Virus record (IMG/VR): IMGVR_UViG_3300035698_017111 | Coordinates: 32,001 to 96,000 of that record | Source: a virus | Length of the DNA stretch: 64,000 nucleotides | Strand: one strand, 5' to 3' | Shown here: one piece after another, positions 57,330 to 64,000 of the stretch | How positions within the stretch are numbered: the stretch's first letter is position 1 | Layout of the letters: each line of letters begins with the position of its first letter | Translations under genes and position numbers: made by a program | The notes under the pieces: generated by a model | What the model was told of the DNA's origin: nothing | What the model saw: the letters and a program-made list of their open reading frames with translations, nothing else | Database searches by the model: none

Positions 57330-57695
57330 TTAATTACTACTTTTAGCTCTATCGTCTTTCATGATTTCAACTTCATCAAGTTTTCCATCACGAATTACTG
57401 CTTTTAACTCCACATAACCATCACCAAACCAAAGCTCACCAGACCAATTTGTGGTTTCTGTTCTTTCATTTGTTCGTTTAAATCGACCTGCTAAATCGGT
57501 TAAATCATTCACTCCACATAGGCTTTCATCCCACTCGTAATTACACGTATTGAAAACAAGATCACCATCTTGTGTGATCTCAACTTCGTGTAGAATGTTT
57601 TCCCACGGGCCATCTTTTGTTTGCCACTGCGAATCCGTAGGGACATCGTCTGGCAAATAGTCTTCATGAATAACAAAATTATTGTACATTCCCAT
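57330..57695 (-). CDS. hypothetical phage protein
   Basis: MGMY...WQTKD pattern. Confidence 0.6.
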   Translation of the reverse strand: MGMYNNFVIHEDYLPDDVPTDSQWQTKDGPWENILHEVEITQDGDLVFNTCNYEWDESLCGVNDLTDLAGRFKRTNERTETTNWSGELWFGDGYVELKAVIRDGKLDEVEIMKDDRAKSSN

Positions 57696-57707
57696 TTTAT
57701 TTCTTTC

Positions 57708-57890
57708 CTATTCTGTTTTTTCCATCAGAACATCACCATCAACAAAGAAGTCGAGAGTATCACCATCGACACCCTCTGGCCTAATGTAGAAAGTGACATT
57801 CCCATCAGCATCAACATGATGTCGAACAACATGATCTATTGTCTTTTGTTTTTTAAAATACTCTTCAAGCGTCATTCTCATCTTTATCAT
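57708..57890 (-). CDS. hypothetical protein
   Basis: VTFYIRP.G.DG.TLDF.V.G. Confidence 0.55.
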   Translation of the reverse strand: MIKMRMTLEEYFKKQKTIDHVVRHHVDADGNVTFYIRPEGVDGDTLDFFVDGDVLMEKTE

Positions 57891-58428
57891 CCTCCTCTTT
57901 TATTGTTCCACAAACATGAATATCTTTACTCCAAATAGATCCACAAATAATTTCATTTTTTCGTAGAAACGAAACAGTATTCCTCATTATTTCTTTAAGC
58001 TCATCTCCATAACCAAATCTTCCTTGATTATGTTCAAGACTCTTCTGAATATCCCCATCAGCATGTCTTTCGGTAGCAGCCAACCAATCACAAATCATCT
58101 CAATTAAATCAACAAGATTCATTTCTTTAATACCATTTTTGAAATGTTCTGGATGATGTCTATTGTGGGCATAGTGATGATCTAACGCCACTTGCATTTC
58201 TTTAAGATATTGCTTGTATTCGTCAGAACCATACGTTGTCTCCTTTAAAAGCGGAGTGTATTTGACAAATGTTGGGAATTCATCTTCCTTCAATTTTGTC
58301 TTGTCGTGTTCTATTGCCTTTAACCGCATCTCCATAAGAAGAATGTTGAGGAAATCCCTGACACGTTCTATATGTTGTTCTGTTTGTTGTCTTATTTCTT
58401 GTTCGTTAACATTATCAGACATTATCAA
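57865..58428 (-). CDS. DUF5662-like HD-type protein
   Basis: HDKTK, HHYAHNRHHPEHF, EMICDW. Confidence 0.8.
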   Translation of the reverse strand: MIMSDNVNEQEIRQQTEQHIERVRDFLNILLMEMRLKAIEHDKTKLKEDEFPTFVKYTPLLKETTYGSDEYKQYLKEMQVALDHHYAHNRHHPEHFKNGIKEMNLVDLIEMICDWLAATERHADGDIQKSLEHNQGRFGYGDELKEIMRNTVSFLRKNEIICGSIWSKDIHVCGTIKEEDDKDENDA

Positions 58429-59189
58429 TCCTCTCTCAACTTTTCCATTGTAGCGAAATACTCACGAATACAATTTCCACAATGACGACAAGCTGTTGTT
58501 CCCTTCTCGCCTTCTACCTTACCACAGGAGTAAACCCAACGATTGTACTTGAACTCAGACATAACTTCTTCCCATGCTTCTGTTGTTATGGCCCAGTAGC
58601 TATTTGTGGTTCTTTTTCTGAAAACATAGTTCTCGACATGGCTCGGAGAATCATCGCCATCACCCTGTGGTATAGCATCATCACAATAATAAGCCATAAA
58701 GGTGAGAATGACGGGTACTTCTCTTTCTGAATAATGTGCTATTGCTGTTCTAACCAAATCAATATTCCATGTATTTGTCCTTATTCGAACAAACATTAGA
58801 TTATCAGGAATAATATCCAGAAGACAAACAGATTCATCGGTGTATTCGCCTGGGTTTATTGTAAGAACAACTGGACCATCAAACTCATCAAGCCCGGTTG
58901 GAATAGCAGTATTGTAAAACTTCATATCGTAGAACTGACACGAGTCCATAACAAGCTTCTTGTCCACGTTAGAATCATTACCATCGTTCACTCGAACAAT
59001 GCGACCCTCTGCGTTATACTTGTCTGGCATATTTGGCAGATTGTCTTTCAATGGCTCAAGATATGAACGGCCAGATTGAAAAAAACAATCAGGACATTCG
59101 TTGGGACATGTACCAGTTTGCGGTATTGCGGCCAGTATTCCACTGTCTTTTGTTTTTGGGTTAATTTTGTAACCCGCAGATGCTTCCAT
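58425..59189 (-). CDS. radical SAM-like Fe-S protein
   Basis: CPNECPDCF CxxxCxxC; C-terminal CRHCGNC. Confidence 0.6.
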   Translation of the reverse strand: MEASAGYKINPKTKDSGILAAIPQTGTCPNECPDCFFQSGRSYLEPLKDNLPNMPDKYNAEGRIVRVNDGNDSNVDKKLVMDSCQFYDMKFYNTAIPTGLDEFDGPVVLTINPGEYTDESVCLLDIIPDNLMFVRIRTNTWNIDLVRTAIAHYSEREVPVILTFMAYYCDDAIPQGDGDDSPSHVENYVFRKRTTNSYWAITTEAWEEVMSEFKYNRWVYSCGKVEGEKGTTACRHCGNCIREYFATMEKLRED

Positions 59190-59261
59190 AGTATTTCTCC
59201 TTTTATGTTACTATACGACATTATACCCAGTAACTTAAGAAAAAACCTTCATAATAGCATA

Positions 59262-59294
59262 AGAAAAGGGTGATGATCCGAAGACCATCACCCC
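59262..59294 (-). terminator. terminator after the major capsid gene
   Basis: GGGTGATG/CATCACCC stem followed by a T run on the minus strand. Confidence 0.75.
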
Positions 59295-59322
59295 ATAGAT
59301 GACTATAAACACTGGGTTTAGA

Positions 59323-60195
59323 TTACGATGTTGCTGTAACGTTAACCTTAGCGATTGCATAATCATTAATAACAATAATTCCTAATTCCTCATATATAAC
59401 CCACCCTAATCTAAGCTCTCTTGGGTTATCTGCGGGAAGGACGGTGATGTCCTGACGGACTGGGATTGCACCGACATACTCGGCTGGTGCAAGGAGATAC
59501 ACGCTACCAGGTGTGACCCTGTGCGAAACGTGGATATCTGCAGTCCAGATGTGTCCGAATAGACCACTCATAAGAACGTCACGTCTTGTTGCTTCGTCGA
59601 ACACATCACGTCCGAAAAGACGGACATCAGCATACTGCTGAGGATGCATAACGATTTTTGCAACGGTCAAGTCATGCGACTCGATTAGAGAGAAAGCATA
59701 ATTCAGTGATGCGACCTGAAGGTCACCCGACTGGGTGATTGTCTGATTTGTTCTAACTGCGGCGTTAATATCAGTAAGAATTTCAGTATCTTCCAGTTTT
59801 TGAATAGCTTCCTTTGCCTTCATTTGTGCCCTATCAACGATATAAAAACGACGGGCCTTGATCTCACTCAAACGGATCTGAGGATTGACAGCGATTTCAA
59901 ACGTGGGAACCAAGACTTCCTCACCTTCGGTGATTCTATCTGGGACTGCACCACGACGAGAGATAACGTATGCAACACTTGCAACGTCTTTCTCGTAGCG
60001 GGCGAGTGCCCCTTGGGGCAACTCGTCAACCATCAAAAGCTTACGTCCAATTGCCTGGTATTCCAATGCACGTTTGATTGGTTCTACCATGGCTTGAGCG
60101 AGAGCAACACGACCTTCCGGCGTCTCCAACGCTTGGGCGATGACAGCCTCACGCTGTTCATCAGTATAGTTGGATTTTAACATAGCCATTGTCAT
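59323..60195 (-). CDS. major capsid protein (HK97/encapsulin-like fold)
   Basis: LAQAMVEPI...GRKLLMVDELPQG, PTFEI, GWVIYEELG; AAGGAG RBS; position after scaffold and decoration genes. Confidence 0.85.
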   Translation of the reverse strand: MTMAMLKSNYTDEQREAVIAQALETPEGRVALAQAMVEPIKRALEYQAIGRKLLMVDELPQGALARYEKDVASVAYVISRRGAVPDRITEGEEVLVPTFEIAVNPQIRLSEIKARRFYIVDRAQMKAKEAIQKLEDTEILTDINAAVRTNQTITQSGDLQVASLNYAFSLIESHDLTVAKIVMHPQQYADVRLFGRDVFDEATRRDVLMSGLFGHIWTADIHVSHRVTPGSVYLLAPAEYVGAIPVRQDITVLPADNPRELRLGWVIYEELGIIVINDYAIAKVNVTATS

Positions 60196-60266
60196 AAGCT
60201 CCTTTTGTGTAAAATGTGAAAGTTTTTTTATACAGACCTTTCTATGATCTGTTTCAATCAACAAAC

Positions 60267-60836
60267 TTAGACCGTAAGTTTGATTTTAACCCACGTTCTC
60301 GGAGTATCATCCGATGCGAGGTTAGATGTAAGGGGTTCGTACTCTCCGGGGATTCCACCGTCGAGAGCAGCTGCAGCGGTAACACAAACAGCAACAGTAA
60401 CTGTGCTTGTAGATGTGTGTGTCAACTTACCAGCGGTTGCACCAGAGCTATTCTCTGTGTAGAGAACGGTACCTGGAGTTGTGGTAGCACCAGTCGAGAT
60501 AACACCAGAAATGGTAGAACCAGCTGGTGTCTGAAGTGCACTATCATCAACGTCAACGAAAAATTCGCCGCCACTGTGATAGATGGTCATCATGCCGCTT
60601 GCACGAGTATCGTTACCAGAGTCACTGACACGGTTCACCCACTCATATGCTTCACTTGCACGATTTCTATCGCCAGCAAGACCGATACATGCGATGTCGG
60701 ATCCATATGCTCTAACAGCTTGACCATCAGAGTTAAGACCAACAGCCATACCCGACTCGAAGTCGTTAGTGTTTGTCGTAATCGTTGCACTAATGGGAAC
60801 CATAGATGAAACGACGTGGTAGACAGGAATAATCAT
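60267..60836 (-). CDS. capsid decoration/cement protein
   Basis: Small S/T/G-rich beta protein directly upstream of the MCP; GLAGD, SGMMTIYH. Confidence 0.7.
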   Translation of the reverse strand: MIIPVYHVVSSMVPISATITTNTNDFESGMAVGLNSDGQAVRAYGSDIACIGLAGDRNRASEAYEWVNRVSDSGNDTRASGMMTIYHSGGEFFVDVDDSALQTPAGSTISGVISTGATTTPGTVLYTENSSGATAGKLTHTSTSTVTVAVCVTAAAALDGGIPGEYEPLTSNLASDDTPRTWVKIKLTV

Positions 60837-60866
60837 TTTCTTCTTCCTCCTTGGGAATTCCACACC

Positions 60867-62234
60867 TTAGTCTTTTTGATGTGGTACATAGTTTTCATAT
60901 TCAGCCATCTTCTTACCTAGGGTTGTTGAACCCATAAGAATTGCTTTCATATCATCTTCGCCAGTTTGACCAATTCCATCTTGCGGGATAACAATTGCTG
61001 TTGCGAGACCGGAGTCTCCCCTATTAACTTCAGCTGTAACCTGCTTTCTGGTTTCGGCCGCTTGTTGCTTAATGACATCAAGTTCTTCAACGGCAGTTTC
61101 AATGGCGTCAATATTCATTTTTCTAACGGTATCTTCAACCTTCTGGTTGAATGTTTCCGCAGATGCGTATTTTGCGGGGTTGAGGTCTCTCAGGCTAAGT
61201 GCATAAGCATTTGCAGCCTTCTGACGCTCTGTGCGGATTTTGTAACGGCTATTTTCTACTTTAAGTTGCGAAATTTCCTCTTTTGCTTCTTTCAACTGTC
61301 TGTCCAGTTGACTAATTCGTAGATTGCTGTCCTTGGCGGCTTCTTTGTCGTCGTCGTCTTTGTCGTCGTCTTTACCTTTTTCAAGCCATGGGGGAAGTTT
61401 CTTCTTCCCTTTGTCGTCGTCTTTGTCGTCGTCGTCTTTGTCTTTTTCAAGCCATGGGGGAAGTTTCTTCTTCCCTTTGTCGGACTTCTCGTCTTTTGCG
61501 TCTTTGGATTCGTCTTTTGAGTCTTCTTTATCTTCATCACCTTCGTCTTCTTCTTCTTTAGCTATCGTAAGTTTCTGATACATTTCGGCTTCGGGACGGA
61601 CCTCAATATTGTGGTCGGCGTCTGCTGCATGATTTTCTTTTGTTCCAGCACCAGCTGGCTTCTCAGAAGGGGTGAATTCTTGTACATAGGTATCTGGTTT
61701 GTTAGAAGTAGCTTTATCACCTTCTTCAGCTTCAAACGAAGTCGAATCGGAGCCCTTCAATCCAGAATTACCTTTTGATCTTGGAACTACGTCAGTATGG
61801 GAGTCTTCTCCACCTTTACCTCTGTCATAAGTTCCATCACGAACCTCTTTTGGGTTTTTAACATCGTCTCTTCCAACATCGATTTCTGGTTTCGACTTTT
61901 TCTCATCTCTTGGAACTTTGAGATCAGGATCTGATCTGTCGCCAGAATCGGTGGGTTCGGTTTGTTTGCTGTCGGAGGTCTGAGCAGTTTTAACTTCAGC
62001 AACTGTTTTCCTATAAGTTTTAACATCATCACCCTCACCATAACGACCATAAACATGACCTGTTTTAGGATCGTACTTGACTGCAGTAAGAGTCAGTCCG
62101 TTTTTCTCTTCAGGAAGCATGGAAGTAAAATGATCCGATACTTCTGATGCAGTTGCTTTACGGACTTTGCCTTCGCCCAAGTGGACGATAACCGTACCAT
62201 TAGTAAACATGGCAGTTTTAATCTTATCAGACAT
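60867..62234 (-). CDS. putative scaffold / capsid-internal protein
   Basis: D/K-rich, KGKKKLPPWLEK twice, C-terminal coiled coil; upstream of decoration and MCP genes. Confidence 0.65.
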   Translation of the reverse strand: MSDKIKTAMFTNGTVIVHLGEGKVRKATASEVSDHFTSMLPEEKNGLTLTAVKYDPKTGHVYGRYGEGDDVKTYRKTVAEVKTAQTSDSKQTEPTDSGDRSDPDLKVPRDEKKSKPEIDVGRDDVKNPKEVRDGTYDRGKGGEDSHTDVVPRSKGNSGLKGSDSTSFEAEEGDKATSNKPDTYVQEFTPSEKPAGAGTKENHAADADHNIEVRPEAEMYQKLTIAKEEEDEGDEDKEDSKDESKDAKDEKSDKGKKKLPPWLEKDKDDDDKDDDKGKKKLPPWLEKGKDDDKDDDDKEAAKDSNLRISQLDRQLKEAKEEISQLKVENSRYKIRTERQKAANAYALSLRDLNPAKYASAETFNQKVEDTVRKMNIDAIETAVEELDVIKQQAAETRKQVTAEVNRGDSGLATAIVIPQDGIGQTGEDDMKAILMGSTTLGKKMAEYENYVPHQKD

Positions 62235-62282
62235 GTGCTTTTCTCCTCTTAATTTGAGTTACTCGAAGTCTGTATTGTAGTT

Positions 62283-62310
62283 ATTCGTTAACTTCTTTTT
62301 AATTACCTTT
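62283..62310 (-). promoter_or_regulatory. SigH-like promoter for the capsid operon
   Basis: AAAGGTAATT...CGAAT on the minus strand. Confidence 0.5.
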
Positions 62311-62335
62311 ATTTTTTTAACTTTATTTCACTTTT

Positions 62336-64000
62336 TTACTCTGCTTCAACTGTAGCCTCTGGTTGAGTTTCTGTTTCTGTCTTAACTTCTTCTTCCATAG
62401 AATTTTCTTCCATTGGAAGTCGATACATCTCACCAGATTCAAGGTCCATGACGAACACGAAATCGTCTTCAATCATGCCTTCAAGATTTGATTCTTCAAC
62501 ACCCTTGGACTGTGCGACTTTCTTAATTGCGTTAGCTACAGCTGCTCCAAGGTGGTTGTCTTCTGACGAAACTGGAGTTGGGGCAATCTGGTTGTCGTCC
62601 TGGAATTCTTGGACATAACTATCGGGGTTACCAGAAGTTTGTTTATCTCCAGATTCTTCATCAAACGATACAGACTCTCCACCAATGCCATCACCAGAAC
62701 CATCACGAGGAACTACGTCAGTATGAAGATCTTTTCCACCTGGTCCAAGATCGTATGCTTCTTCTCTAACCTTGGTAGGACTATCTACATCAGGACGTTT
62801 AACATCTATTTCTGGTTTTGCTTTTTCTTCCTTGCGAGGAACGTCAAGTTTATCACCAGTAGGTTCTTCTTTTTCTGCCTGCTCACTATCAACTGGTTCT
62901 GTCTGACCAACCTCGGAAGTCTGAGCTTTTACAACCTTCTTGTCTTTGCTTGCCGTTTTGTCATCTTTGTCATCTTTGTCGTCTTTTTTACACTTTGGAT
63001 CACATTCACATGGACACTTTTTACAGGTCTTGCATGGTTTTCCACGACCTGTTCCAGGACCATCACCATCTGGTCCTGTGCCGTCTCTGTTTCGTGCGAC
63101 CTTCATCCATTCGTTGGTAGAAGCTTCCTTGGGGGTTTCTTCCTGAGGGGTAGGTTCTTGAACCTCAACACCTCTTTCAGTTCCCTGAACGACATCTTCT
63201 TCGGCAAGAGTGCTTCCGGCTGCTGTGCCGTGCATTTCTTTTGCTTCATTTTCACTATCGTTCGTATCAAGATCCACTTCGCCATCGTCTACAATGCCTT
63301 GATCCTCATCACGAGGAACATCTGCTTCTGTGTCGAGAGGCATACTAATTGCCTGTGCGACTGCAGAAAGATCCAAGTTCATTCCGGCACTCTGTGTCTG
63401 CGAACCAACCTGACCACCTCTAAGGAGTTCGGTTGTATTCTTCGACACATTATGGATATCTTCTTCTGTCATCGGTTCGGTATCTGTTTCTAATTCATCT
63501 TCTTCAACTTCCATCTCAAGACCATCACTAAAGAGGCTGTTCATGATTCCAACTTCTTCTGCCTCTGGTTCTGGTGCTTCGTCGATAATGACATCTTCTT
63601 CAACGTCTTCGCCTGGACCTTCGTCCTCTAACATTGGAGGCTCTTCGTCGGTTTCAAAAGTCTCAGTAATTTCAAGGATTTCTTCTGGGTCTCCATCTTC
63701 AGAACCTTCTCCACCAGCGACTGGCAGTTCTACTTCAACTTCGTTACCTTCAGTATCAGTAATTGAAAGTTCAATCTTCTCGATGCTATCGGAGTTAAAC
63801 GAACCAGATCCCTCACCCAACTCTTCACCTAATTCATCAACAGGCTCATCGTCAAAGATCTCTTCAAGTCCGTCATCATCTCCGAAGTCAACTGCATCTT
63901 CTTCTGTCTCGTCAATATCTTCCTCAAAATCAACACTATCGACTTCTTCTTTGTCTGTATCTTCGAAGTTTTCTTCACCGAACTGTGCTGTTTTTCTCAA
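62336..64000 (-). CDS. highly acidic head-associated protein (probably 5'-truncated by window)
   Basis: E/D-rich; shares an about 100-aa module with the downstream gene. Confidence 0.65.
   Translation of the reverse strand: MRKTAQFGEENFEDTDKEEVDSVDFEEDIDETEEDAVDFGDDDGLEEIFDDEPVDELGEELGEGSGSFNSDSIEKIELSITDTEGNEVEVELPVAGGEGSEDGDPEEILEITETFETDEEPPMLEDEGPGEDVEEDVIIDEAPEPEAEEVGIMNSLFSDGLEMEVEEDELETDTEPMTEEDIHNVSKNTTELLRGGQVGSQTQSAGMNLDLSAVAQAISMPLDTEADVPRDEDQGIVDDGEVDLDTNDSENEAKEMHGTAAGSTLAEEDVVQGTERGVEVQEPTPQEETPKEASTNEWMKVARNRDGTGPDGDGPGTGRGKPCKTCKKCPCECDPKCKKDDKDDKDDKTASKDKKVVKAQTSEVGQTEPVDSEQAEKEEPTGDKLDVPRKEEKAKPEIDVKRPDVDSPTKVREEAYDLGPGGKDLHTDVVPRDGSGDGIGGESVSFDEESGDKQTSGNPDSYVQEFQDDNQIAPTPVSSEDNHLGAAVANAIKKVAQSKGVEESNLEGMIEDDFVFVMDLESGEMYRLPMEENSMEEEVKTETETQPEATVEAE

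Noticed and set aside
62609-63493. Long antisense ORFs (e.g. 62609-63493, 54787-55392, 60216-60809)
   Set aside because: They are shadows of biased-codon genes on the other strand, with no RBS or recognisable motifs.
1-64000. Genome-wide reassignment of TGA or TAG
   Set aside because: Many intact genes end at TAG (e.g. 7810, 10355) or TGA (e.g. 12925, 17791, 57257) and coding density is high under code 11; recoding looks local to the RF gene.

Overview
A 64-kb segment of a large (jumbo/huge-type) tailed dsDNA phage genome read with standard code 11; the host is not identifiable from this window. The left part (1-19.9 kb) is nucleotide metabolism, replication and regulation: RNR C-terminus, Clp ATPase, dTMP and dNMP kinases, bacterial-type DnaX/DnaN/HolA, a SigH-like sigma factor, two SPPY methyltransferases (one with an intein), RuvC and a histidine kinase/receiver/receiver-PAS triad. 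The middle (20-45 kb) holds terminase, proteases (one subtilase with an intein beside the catalytic His), a Ski2-like helicase and two tRNA nucleotidyltransferases, one split by a free-standing endonuclease. The right end (59-64 kb, minus strand) is the capsid module. The most striking region is 46.6-57.3 kb. It contains an RF1-type release factor gene needing a prfB-style +1 frameshift at CUU-UAG plus readthrough of an in-frame UGA, a structured ncRNA candidate directly behind it, three Y-RNA-like tRNA mimics (one with a UCA anticodon) upstream of a Ro/TROVE-like vWA gene and an ARPP-like gene, and a DIP1984-like gene trailed by a repeat-containing structured RNA. All family assignments come from motif recognition by eye; no searches were run.
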